A stretch of DNA of 34,598 nt from a virus (IMGVR_UViG_3300032312_001565:1-34598), one strand, 5' to 3'. Positions 25,767-34,181 are shown, counted from the stretch's first letter. Program-made: numbers and translations. The notes: a model not told the origin generated them from the sequence alone.

Positions 25767-27514
25767 AACCATTACTTTACGGTCCCAACAACAAGCCAAT
25801 CCGCTTTCGTAATTTTGACGCGGCCAAAGGCACGCGATACACGAATGACTGGGTTGCCGGGACAGGCCCAGCGGATAACGCGATCAAGCAGGATGCCAAG
25901 TCACTGCGCGACCGTGCGCGGGATTCTGAGCGGAATGATGGTTACATTGAGGGCGCTTTGATGGCCTTGGAGTCCAACGTGATCGGCCAGCATGGCATCC
26001 GCATGAAATCGCTTGCCCGTCGAGCAGATGCGAGAAGTAAAAAAGGCTTGTCCAACAGCGCCGACAACAACGCGAGAGCAAAGGTTGAGGAAGCTTGGGA
26101 GGATTTCTCCCGGCGTGGTAATTTTGACGTTACGCGGCAGTTCTCCCGTGCCGCTTTCGAGCGTCTCGCTCTACGGTCTGCCGTTCGCGATGGCGGGTTC
26201 CTCACGCGGACGGTCGAGGGCTTTCCTAAAAACGATTTTCGCTTTGCCGCGCAGGGAATCGAGATCGACGCTTTGGATCCCCACCACCGAAACGATGCCG
26301 CCCGTATTTACATGGGCGTGGAGTTTGACGAATGGGATGAGCCGATTCGGTATCACTTGCGCAAGATGGATCCTAAGAGCGGACGCTACACGCGCGAGAC
26401 GTTCGCCGTGCCGTCTGACAATATGATTCACACCTTCCTTGCTCGACGGATCAACCAGAGCCAAGGCTATTCTTGGCTGGCCAATGCCCTCCTTCGCCTT
26501 CGGCATCTTGCCAAATTTGAAGAAGCCGAGGTCATCGCGGCGCGAATCAGCGCCAACAAGCTTGGATTCTTCAAGCAGACCGGAGAAGCGCAGTATACTG
26601 GCGACGAGGACGACGACGGCAAGGCCATTGCACCTTCCGCACCTGGCACGTTTGAGACGCTTCCCCACGGCGTCGAGGCCCAGATGATTGACCCAGCGCA
26701 TCCGAATAGTGCGATGCCGGACTTTCGTAAAGCCATTCTGCGCGGAGTCAGCCCCGGCATCTACGTCAACTATAACACTTGGGCGCAGGATCTTGAGGGC
26801 GTTTCGTATTCTTCGATCCGGCAGGGTGTCCTCTCAGAACGTGACATCTATAAGATTTTGCACTCTTGGTTCATCGACACTTTCGAGATTCCGCTTTTCG
26901 AGCGTTGGCTACGAATGGCTCTGCTGATGGGTAGAATCGAAGGCTATACGCTTCTCGACTTCGACCGCCTTTCTCACGTCGAGTTTTCCGGCAGGACTTG
27001 GACCTGGGTCGATCCTGTCGGCGACATTGAGGCCATCGAGCGGGAAATTGCTTTGTCGCTTAACTCGCGGGAGCGTGCGGCCAAGGATCGCGGCTTGAAC
27101 ATCGACAAGATCATTGCCGAGAACGAGGCGGACAACGCCAAGCTTCAAGCGGCAGGGTTGCCAACGGCTGTTGGGAAATCGGCTGGCGTCGAAGTTCCAA
27201 GCGAGACGCGCGAGTTTGAGACTCTTAAGGCCAAGTTCGACGCTTACGGTGTCGGAGTTCGGGCTGGTTCGATCACACCGCAGATGGCCGACGAGGATGC
27301 ATTCCGCGCTGAAGCTGCATTGCCGCCCATGGGAGCGGAAGCGAAGGGAGCCTGGGCCGATGACAAAGGTGTCAGGCGCCCAATCACGCTACAATCGCAA
27401 GCGGCCTTCTCAGCGGCTCAGGACGCGTTGGCAGATGAATCGGATCCTCACGATGAAAGCGAGATGGCCGATGAATCGGACCAGCACGAAGACGACGAGC
27501 AAGCTGCCGTTTAA
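25763..27514 (+). CDS. portal protein, lambda family, with C-terminal extension
   Basis: LRDRARD..RND, RDGGFL, MGVEFD, DLEGVSYSSIRQG, WTWVDP. Confidence 0.95.
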   Translation: MKPLLYGPNNKPIRFRNFDAAKGTRYTNDWVAGTGPADNAIKQDAKSLRDRARDSERNDGYIEGALMALESNVIGQHGIRMKSLARRADARSKKGLSNSADNNARAKVEEAWEDFSRRGNFDVTRQFSRAAFERLALRSAVRDGGFLTRTVEGFPKNDFRFAAQGIEIDALDPHHRNDAARIYMGVEFDEWDEPIRYHLRKMDPKSGRYTRETFAVPSDNMIHTFLARRINQSQGYSWLANALLRLRHLAKFEEAEVIAARISANKLGFFKQTGEAQYTGDEDDDGKAIAPSAPGTFETLPHGVEAQMIDPAHPNSAMPDFRKAILRGVSPGIYVNYNTWAQDLEGVSYSSIRQGVLSERDIYKILHSWFIDTFEIPLFERWLRMALLMGRIEGYTLLDFDRLSHVEFSGRTWTWVDPVGDIEAIEREIALSLNSRERAAKDRGLNIDKIIAENEADNAKLQAAGLPTAVGKSAGVEVPSETREFETLKAKFDAYGVGVRAGSITPQMADEDAFRAEAALPPMGAEAKGAWADDKGVRRPITLQSQAAFSAAQDALADESDPHDESEMADESDQHEDDEQAAV

Positions 27515-27684
27515 AGCTCCACCAAAGCCAGTGCGCGAATCGCCAGCGCCGCTTCTTCGCTGATGCGGACGGCTCCGGTTTCGCGAGCGTTGATTGTTTT
27601 ACGCGTCACGCCTAAGCGCGAGGCAAGCCCGCCCTGAGTAAGGGCGAGCTTTTCACGGAGGGTTTTGTATTTCGTTCCGGTCAT
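27511..27684 (-). CDS. XRE-family HTH regulator (57 aa)
   Basis: MTGTKYKTLREKLALTQGGLASRLGVTRKTINARETG; not in ORF track. Confidence 0.85.
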   Translation of the reverse strand: MTGTKYKTLREKLALTQGGLASRLGVTRKTINARETGAVRISEEAALAIRALALVEL

Positions 27685-27932
27685 ACAAGCCGGGTCCAGC
27701 CTTCTGATTCTTCAAACGTCCCGACTTCCACAAAGTCGATTTCGGTTTGATCAACGTTGCTTGGATTGCCAAGGTAGTGCCCGTAGGGGAGGCTTTCCGG
27801 CAGCGGCTTCTTAGAGTTCCGATATGGGCCGGAGTTTTTTGATCTCCAAACAAGGGGAAGCGCCTTGCCTTCTGGTGTGAGAGCATAGCGGGTTGCTCCT
27901 TTTTTGTAGATTGGCAATCTGGTGGTGGTCAT
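27681..27932 (-). CDS. hypothetical protein (83 aa)
   Basis: Start MTTTRLPIY after hairpin and A-rich leader; ATGA-coupled to the XRE gene. Confidence 0.65.
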   Translation of the reverse strand: MTTTRLPIYKKGATRYALTPEGKALPLVWRSKNSGPYRNSKKPLPESLPYGHYLGNPSNVDQTEIDFVEVGTFEESEGWTRLV

Positions 27933-27946
27933 TTTGATTTTGGTTT

Positions 27947-28016
27947 GTCGGAGGCTCATCCTCTCAACGCGATTAAAGTAACATAAGGTTACATGGAGTC
28001 AACGGCGAAATGTAAC
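27947..28016 (-). promoter_or_regulatory. sigma70-like promoter with operator palindromes and 5' hairpin
   Basis: TTGACT-16-TACTTT (TG-extended); GTAAC-N5-GTTAC at 27978-27992; GTTACAT/ATGTAAC at 27988/28010; hairpin 27947-27968. Confidence 0.7.
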
Positions 28017-28029
28017 TTTTTTTCTCTCC

Positions 28030-28443
28030 TCAAAGCTCGCCCCAACACTTTCGCGGAACCGAGGAAATCACGCTCAGACAATCCTCCTTTTCGGCGTCGG
28101 CCATCTTCGATTTTTTAATGATGGCGGCGATCTCGTCGAAAAGCACGTTCTGCGCGGCCATTAGCTCGTCAACGTTGGCAAGCTCCCGGCGCTTCCGCGC
28201 ATTGTCCATTTCCAGCCCCTCTGCGCGTGCTGTAGCCTCTCGCGTCCTCGCCTCCTCCAAGGACATTGCGCCTTCGCTGCGAGCCGGAGGAGGGCGAAGC
28301 TGGGCGATCTCAAAGATGTCGTAGAGCTTTGCGCCCTTGTCGCCTTCTTCAAACTTCAGCCCCAGGTGCGAGGCGCGTTTCTCCACCGTCTCGCGGTTGG
28401 TGCGGAACATCGAGGAGAGCTGTTTGATGGAGAACCGTTGCAT
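28030..28443 (-). CDS. terS: terminase small subunit, Nu1-like
   Basis: N-terminal winged HTH (SIKQLSSMFRTNRETV..KLYDI), SLEEARTRE..ARAE.LEM coiled coil, ELANVDE. Confidence 0.75.
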   Translation of the reverse strand: MQRFSIKQLSSMFRTNRETVEKRASHLGLKFEEGDKGAKLYDIFEIAQLRPPPARSEGAMSLEEARTREATARAEGLEMDNARKRRELANVDELMAAQNVLFDEIAAIIKKSKMADAEKEDCLSVISSVPRKCWGEL

Positions 28444-28994
28444 TATCTGCCTGAGTGAGCTTTGGCGCGTTTGGCGATCTTGTCTGCAATCCGTTGGCGC
28501 ATCTTTGCGGCGCTTTTATTGACGCCCTCCTGCAATGCTGGCGCGAGGACTTTGTTGGCGTGGTCCATGTCAACGCCTTGAATTGTAAGCTCAATGGCCG
28601 GAATCAAAATCGTGCCTTTGTCCTCCGCTCCTGCGTTTTCGATCTTCTTGCGGAGCGATGCGACCTTTGCGCCAAGATCCTGCGCCATTTTCAAAAACAG
28701 CGATTTGCTGTATTTGATCGCGGAGATGCGGCGATTGTAAAGACGTTCGGCCTCCCTTTGGTTTCCATTGCCGCGAGCAAATCCGGCCTTTGCTGCCAGC
28801 GCGTTAAAAAGCCCGGTTTTCAGATTGGGAATGGACGATTTCTTTGCTGCCGTTGCTGACTGATTGGCTTTGAATGCAACATCGATTGCTGTTGATTTCA
28901 CAACGGTTTTCAAATCTCGCGACGATTCCTTCTCGTATGCCTGCAATGCAGCCATAAACTCGCGAACGTCAACCGATGCCGTTATTCTGTCCAT
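28443..28994 (-). CDS. tail completion / neck protein (HK97 gp10-like)
   Basis: Basic helical protein at the end of the tail cluster. Confidence 0.5.
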   Translation of the reverse strand: MDRITASVDVREFMAALQAYEKESSRDLKTVVKSTAIDVAFKANQSATAAKKSSIPNLKTGLFNALAAKAGFARGNGNQREAERLYNRRISAIKYSKSLFLKMAQDLGAKVASLRKKIENAGAEDKGTILIPAIELTIQGVDMDHANKVLAPALQEGVNKSAAKMRQRIADKIAKRAKAHSGR

Positions 28995-28996
28995 AC

Positions 28997-29215
28997 TCAA
29001 CTAAACCATGCTTCCGCATGTTCGCCAAGGATCTCCTGCATCTTTGCCGATGCGCTCCTGCCTGGTGGCACGATGTCGCAGCCGCGCTCGAAAAGGTCAG
29101 CGTTGCGCAACTGCATACCGATGCACAAGGGAAGCTCGTCCATGTAATATGCCCAAGTCTGGCCGGGGAGCTTTGCCGCTACGGTGGAAACGTAGTCAGC
29201 ATCGCTCCCGATCAC
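28997..29215 (-). CDS. tail assembly chaperone C-terminal part (gpT-like, probably made by -1 frameshift)
   Basis: In the -1 frame relative to the upstream gene; WAYYMDELPL motif. Confidence 0.55.
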   Translation of the reverse strand: MIGSDADYVSTVAAKLPGQTWAYYMDELPLCIGMQLRNADLFERGCDIVPPGRSASAKMQEILGEHAEAWFS

Positions 29216-29667
29216 TCCCCCACGTTCGACGTATCGCGACCACCGGAGGGAGATTCGACAGAGGCGGAAACGGTCTGGATGTCCTCGCAGATCATGTTTA
29301 GAAGCTGCACGGCCTCGATCTCTTCAGAGCCTCCGATCTCCCCGCCCTCTTTGTCCCACCATGCCATCATTTCGATGATTGCTTGATCGCGATTGAGACA
29401 GGCACGGGCCACGCGGGAATCCTCGACGGAGCAGAGCCAGACCACCATGATTGAGTCGAGCGTGATTTGGTCCCAGACTCCATTCTCATCCGGCCTTGCG
29501 CGACCGAGGAAGAGGGAATTGCCCATGCATCGCGCTGCCGTCGAGCGGGACTTGGAAAACGGTTTCAGGGGCTTGCCTTTGAACTGGTATGACCGGCTGC
29601 GTGCGGCGACGATGTCGGGCGTGACGCTGTTCTCTTTTTCAATGTCTTCGATGGTGATTTCGCTCAT
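29212..29667 (-). CDS. tail assembly chaperone (gpG-like)
   Basis: Acidic ORF ending GE-stop on GGGGGAG-TGA. Confidence 0.6.
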   Translation of the reverse strand: MSEITIEDIEKENSVTPDIVAARSRSYQFKGKPLKPFSKSRSTAARCMGNSLFLGRARPDENGVWDQITLDSIMVVWLCSVEDSRVARACLNRDQAIIEMMAWWDKEGGEIGGSEEIEAVQLLNMICEDIQTVSASVESPSGGRDTSNVGE

Positions 29668-29680
29668 GCTTCTTTTTTGG

Positions 29681-30361
29681 TTATTTGACCCAACGACGGG
29701 CTAGTTTCTCAAATTGTGGACCTTTCGGGATGACAAGCGGAAAGCCTTCGCGCTCGATCTTGATGGCAGGATTGGCGGCCTTCCAAATGTCTTTAAGCTC
29801 TAGGTAATTGGCCACCCATGCCTTTACCCATGCAAACATGGCAGGCATCCAGATGGCGTCAAATCGTTCAGCGATCCTTCCGCCGTTCCGCCTTCCAGTT
29901 GCGTTGCGAATCACTTCGGGCATGTCGGAGAGCATTTGTGCGGCACGCTCCTCCTCGTCGGTAACGGCACGCATTCCGATTGCGAATTTGCCGTCGGCGA
30001 ATGACTTGATGTGTGCAATGGCACAATAAACGTGCAGCAATTCCAGATCGTCGGCGATTTGTTGCCAATGGTCCTCTGTCCTCGCGCTGATCATTCGCGC
30101 TGGCAGGGCTGCGGCTTCGGTCATATCCTGCGATGGATCGCGCCAGACTTTGGCGAGCGACAAAGGGCCGACAGTCTTGTTGTCGAGGTGGTAGCTGATC
30201 GTTCCCGGCTCGTCGGGATCGTAGGTCACGCCCTTGGAATAGACGTTGGAGACGCCTGGAGTTCCCGGTTCAAGCTCGACGCCAGCGGTCACACAAGCCG
30301 CGAAGAAGCGCGGACATTGCGTTGGGATAATATTAACTCCCGCCCCTTTTAGTTCACTCAT
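29681..30361 (-). CDS. hypothetical protein between major tail and chaperone genes
   Basis: 226-aa ORF tightly packed in the operon. Confidence 0.7.
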   Translation of the reverse strand: MSELKGAGVNIIPTQCPRFFAACVTAGVELEPGTPGVSNVYSKGVTYDPDEPGTISYHLDNKTVGPLSLAKVWRDPSQDMTEAAALPARMISARTEDHWQQIADDLELLHVYCAIAHIKSFADGKFAIGMRAVTDEEERAAQMLSDMPEVIRNATGRRNGGRIAERFDAIWMPAMFAWVKAWVANYLELKDIWKAANPAIKIEREGFPLVIPKGPQFEKLARRWVK

Positions 30362-30363
30362 CC

Positions 30364-30744
30364 TCAGGTGATATCAGGATGCTTGGTGAAATTCACCGTA
30401 GCCGTGGCCAGAGCGCCTCGCGATTGACTGATTTCAATGTCATCCATGTAGAAACCTCCGGTAGTCACACCGTAGCCGGAAACCGAATTTGCGACGGTCT
30501 CGGCAGTTCCGAATGCGACACCAAGCACCGCAGAAAGAGCGGAAGTGTTAATTTCTCCCGTAATCGTGCAGGTCGAAGCCGCGAGGAAGTTGTAAACGAA
30601 ACCAGTCGGCGATCCGCCTTTGTCTTCGATGAAGATCTTTTCGTTGGTCCAGCCTTGGCGGAAATCGGAGATGTTGATCGCCGTTTCCGCAGCGGCGACG
30701 CCTTTGATCATATTGGTTGCAGATACAAAAGTAGGAGTGGGCAT
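30364..30744 (-). CDS. major tail tube protein (putative)
   Basis: Thr/Ala/Gly-rich beta protein after the tail terminator; FYMDDIEISQS..ATATVNF. Confidence 0.65.
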   Translation of the reverse strand: MPTPTFVSATNMIKGVAAAETAINISDFRQGWTNEKIFIEDKGGSPTGFVYNFLAASTCTITGEINTSALSAVLGVAFGTAETVANSVSGYGVTTGGFYMDDIEISQSRGALATATVNFTKHPDIT

Positions 30745-30747
30745 GGC

Positions 30748-31161
30748 TCAGATGGGTTGGATTGTGGCGACAAGAGAATAGGTGACGATGCGGTCGTTTT
30801 CGTTTTCGACCGTGCGAGCTGCGCCGATCATTTCGACGGCTTGGCCTCGCGGCATGGAAAAGGATTTAGCAGAGTAAGCGGAAACCGTCTGCTTGGCAGA
30901 GTCGGCATTGCCGATCATTTCGCGCATCAGTTCGCGCTGTTGTGCATTGAGGTTGCGCGTCTCGATGTCGATGGAGACGGGGAAGATGTTCGTTCCGATT
31001 GGCTCCTCCGCCCCAGTTTCGGCCTTGATACCGATGGACGTTCCAACCCGCTCTTCGGGCTTGCTAGAGGTTGCGATGACAATACCAGGGAAGGCATCAC
31101 GGAAAACCCGTGCGATGCTATCCTCGACTCGCTCTGCGAGGTCTGGGGTGGTATCAGTCAT
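30748..31161 (-). CDS. tail terminator (putative)
   Basis: Position and size between head closure and tail tube. Confidence 0.55.
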   Translation of the reverse strand: MTDTTPDLAERVEDSIARVFRDAFPGIVIATSSKPEERVGTSIGIKAETGAEEPIGTNIFPVSIDIETRNLNAQQRELMREMIGNADSAKQTVSAYSAKSFSMPRGQAVEMIGAARTVENENDRIVTYSLVATIQPI

Positions 31162-31453
31162 TGGTCAGATCAATGGAAAGGATTCGTTCGCCCTCGGGCT
31201 TGATTGCCGTGATGCGATATTTCTGCCCTTGGTAAAAGACGGGCGCTTGTTTGCGCGGCGTCGTGCCTCTGTTTAAGATCGTAGCGGTGAGAGTGCTTTC
31301 GCGGTTGTCGATTCCGAATTCGCTAGCCTCAAAGGAGGTGTCGCCTTGCTCGATAATTGCCCTCATCTTGATGCCGTCGATTTCGATCATCTTGCCTTCA
31401 AACGCGATCAGATCGGCAAGAGCAGCTTGATGATCGAGGGTCGCATAGCTCAT
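31154..31453 (-). CDS. head-tail joining / head closure protein (gpFII-like)
   Basis: YQGQKYRITAI..ILSIDL beta-barrel pattern; position after capsid genes. Confidence 0.6.
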   Translation of the reverse strand: MSYATLDHQAALADLIAFEGKMIEIDGIKMRAIIEQGDTSFEASEFGIDNRESTLTATILNRGTTPRKQAPVFYQGQKYRITAIKPEGERILSIDLTND

Positions 31454-31695
31454 TTTAGGATGGCTTTGACTTTGGCGGTAAGGCTTGCGTCGAGACCCTC
31501 AGCAATAAATGCCGTAAGGTTCTTCCGCTCGTCCTCGATGACCGTCTCTTGGTCCGGCGTGCCGTTGAGCATTTCGACAATGTCAACGATTCGCTGGATG
31601 CGGTTGACCCTGTCCGCAGTCGCACCAGGGGAGGGAAGAGGCGGAACCTCCCCCGGTGCGTCGTCTGCTTTCGCGTTCGAATTTACTGCGGGCAT
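31450..31695 (-). CDS. hypothetical head-associated protein
   Basis: Operon-packed after the cement gene. Confidence 0.55.
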   Translation of the reverse strand: MPAVNSNAKADDAPGEVPPLPSPGATADRVNRIQRIVDIVEMLNGTPDQETVIEDERKNLTAFIAEGLDASLTAKVKAILK

Positions 31696-31710
31696 GGGGC
31701 GTGATTGTTA

Positions 31711-32115
31711 TTAGCAAACCACCGTGTAGGTGAAGCTAGTTCCAACATTGGAACCGCCTCCCGTCTCCACGCTTTGATTGACGGCGATATACTCACCGAC
31801 ATTCTGGCCAAGCTCGAAATCGACGTAGCCAGCGGCAAATCCCGTGTTTCCGGTGATGACGTAGGTAGAACCGGGATCGGTTTCGGCAGCCAGCGATCCG
31901 GTCGCCCCGCTTTTCAGCGTAAGCGTGAGGGTCTTGGTGGCGACGAGGACGGTGTTGGCTGGCCACGAAGCGCGGAGCTTCATACCTTCGCGATGCGGTC
32001 CGGCGGCGCCGATGTAGATTTCATCGGTGTCGTTGTTAGCGGCGGCGGCGGGGAGCGCCTTGGTAACGCTCAAAAGGGCGTCGGCACTGTTTCGGCGGTT
32101 GACTTGTTTTGACAT
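31711..32115 (-). CDS. capsid cement / decoration protein (Bbp16-like)
   Basis: Directly after MCP; DALLSVTKAL..TDEIYIG pattern, jelly-roll-like composition. Confidence 0.6.
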   Translation of the reverse strand: MSKQVNRRNSADALLSVTKALPAAAANNDTDEIYIGAAGPHREGMKLRASWPANTVLVATKTLTLTLKSGATGSLAAETDPGSTYVITGNTGFAAGYVDFELGQNVGEYIAVNQSVETGGGSNVGTSFTYTVVC

Positions 32116-32151
32116 ACTTTTAGATGGTTGAGGTTGTCAGTTAAGTTTTGA

Positions 32152-34146
32152 TCAGACCGTCTCCGCGTTGGAAAGGTTGATGGTTTGATAGATCGGAACA
32201 CCCTGATACTCTTCGGGCATCGGAGCAGGAGCGCCGATGGGCGAGTAAGTGGTGCGGCTCACTTGAAGCTGCTCGATGGAGCGAGGCGTTGCGAAGATCG
32301 CATTCGGATTCATACCGAGTTCGCGAGCTTGGCGGAACGCCTTCGCAAGGAGGGCATCGGTGAGGCCCTTGCCCGAATCTGTTGCGATGTTTTTGATGCG
32401 CAGCGCTTTATTTTTGTCAGCGAGGCGAGGTGCAACACGGCCCGAGATCCAGTTTTGAAGGCAGCGGAGGCTGTTGCCGCTGGCGTCATTGACCGTTTCT
32501 TCAGTCCAGTCTTCACCGAATAGGAGGGTGTTGTCATTGCCGTAGACGTGGTCGCAGAAGCCTTGTCCGAGTTCCATGACCCAGACCGAGGTCTTGGCGG
32601 TCGAACCGGTAGCATCGACCGTATGAGTCGCGGCGCTGTTCGATTGCGCAAGGAATCCAGGGCTGGCCTTAATATCCGAATTTGCCTGAGTCGTGCCAGC
32701 ATACCACTGCTGGTATGCGATGTGGCTAAGAACGGCCTTGGTCACGCTGCGAGCTTCGGCAGTGAGAACGCGGGCCGGATCCTTGCTGGCGTTGAGAACG
32801 CCTTGAATGTCCACGTTGATGAACTGCTCGATGATCGAGGTTTGGAAGATGCGCGAGGCGAACGTTCCCTTTTTGGCGCTCGTTCCTTCGTTGGCGTTAC
32901 GGTAGCCAACGGAGGGGTTTCCGGTCTGGATCGAGAGCGTCACGGTATCACCGGAGATGGTGTCAACCGGGAAGACTGCGATTTCGGGATACATCGCGAC
33001 AACTTCTTCAACGATGGGCATACCGATGCCCTCATCGATGGCGAGCTTGTCGACGAGCGTCACGGATCCGGTCAAGGAGCGGTGGAACGGAGTTTGCGAT
33101 CCGCCGATGTAGTTGCGAGAAAACTCGCGAGCTTCGGAGTAGGTCGGAACAACGATGTTGCGGCCACGATCACCCAAGGCGCGCTTGGCGTTTTCCGCCC
33201 AAGTGCTTTGAAGGTATTGGCGAGTTCCCTTTTTCACGGGTTCGCTGACAATTTCGACGCGACCAGCGGAATAAGCGGGGTTTTCGGTTTTCATAGAGTC
33301 GAGGAGTTGGCGCTTGTAGTCATCGATGCTCAGGCCGCTTTCGATAGCCTTCGTGATTTCAGCCTGGTTGCGGCGGAATCCATTACCGCATTCGGTAATT
33401 TCAGCGGCACGCTTGCGATCTTCAGCGATTGCGCGTGCGGCTTCTTCCTTCGCGAGTTGGGCGATTTGAAGCTTGTTAAGTTCCCGTTCCACCTCAGCGG
33501 CGGCGCGGACTTCGTTTTTGGTTTCCGCCGGAGCGATCGCAGCGGGAGCCGTTGCGTTGTCGGCGCGTTCTTGGGTGTCTTGGTCGTTGTGTTCCATGGT
33601 AATGGAGGTTGAAAGTTCAGCGGCTCGTTGGCCGAAGATGGAGGATGCGTCACGGACTCCAGCGCCGTCGTCGGCGGGAATCGAAACAAGGGAGATTTCG
33701 AAAGGCTCCCAATCCATGACGCGGTAGGTCTCTTTGCCGCTTTGCTTGTCGCGCTTCTCCATGACGAGGGCGTGGACGCGATAGCCTACGGAGATTTTGG
33801 AGCGGATCCCGTCCTTAACGTCTTGGAAGATTTCCTCGCCCTTTGCAGAGCGGGAAAATCGAACGGTTGCGGCTCCAGCTTTGCCGTCGATGCGAGCGGA
33901 TTCAATCACTCCCACCTGTTCGCGGGGATCGTGATCGAGCAGCAAGGGCGCGGAGTTATTTAACCGCTTGAGGCGAACGGACTTTGAACCGTGATCAAGA
34001 ATCTCAACGCCCCAGGAGCGTTCAACCTGATCAGTTTCGGTTGAAAACACAACATCCACCGTGCGCTCGTCCTCGTTGATGGAGGAACGCGACAGGTCAA
34101 AGGAGCGGACCTGGGGTGAGAATTGTTTTTGTGTGGCTCTCGACAT
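32152..34146 (-). CDS. prohead protease-scaffold-major capsid fusion protein
   Basis: HK97-type protease (LLLDHD, ISVGY, EISLVSIPAD), coiled-coil linker, MCP (PSVGYRNANEG ... YQGVPIYQTINLSNAE); start set by promoter motif. Confidence 0.9.
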   Translation of the reverse strand: MSRATQKQFSPQVRSFDLSRSSINEDERTVDVVFSTETDQVERSWGVEILDHGSKSVRLKRLNNSAPLLLDHDPREQVGVIESARIDGKAGAATVRFSRSAKGEEIFQDVKDGIRSKISVGYRVHALVMEKRDKQSGKETYRVMDWEPFEISLVSIPADDGAGVRDASSIFGQRAAELSTSITMEHNDQDTQERADNATAPAAIAPAETKNEVRAAAEVERELNKLQIAQLAKEEAARAIAEDRKRAAEITECGNGFRRNQAEITKAIESGLSIDDYKRQLLDSMKTENPAYSAGRVEIVSEPVKKGTRQYLQSTWAENAKRALGDRGRNIVVPTYSEAREFSRNYIGGSQTPFHRSLTGSVTLVDKLAIDEGIGMPIVEEVVAMYPEIAVFPVDTISGDTVTLSIQTGNPSVGYRNANEGTSAKKGTFASRIFQTSIIEQFINVDIQGVLNASKDPARVLTAEARSVTKAVLSHIAYQQWYAGTTQANSDIKASPGFLAQSNSAATHTVDATGSTAKTSVWVMELGQGFCDHVYGNDNTLLFGEDWTEETVNDASGNSLRCLQNWISGRVAPRLADKNKALRIKNIATDSGKGLTDALLAKAFRQARELGMNPNAIFATPRSIEQLQVSRTTYSPIGAPAPMPEEYQGVPIYQTINLSNAETV

Positions 34147-34181
34147 TGCGAGAGACACCACAAAACGAAAAAGAAACGCAA
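34147..34181 (-). promoter_or_regulatory. late promoter motif (capsid-tail-terS unit)
   Basis: TTGCGT-N9-GTTTTGTGG-N11-ATG. Confidence 0.75.

Noticed and set aside
30379-31203. 274-aa plus-strand ORF
   Set aside because: Antisense to two well-packed tail genes; Arg/Gly-rich shadow composition
32548-33612. 354-aa plus-strand ORF
   Set aside because: Antisense shadow of the capsid gene; no motifs or start context
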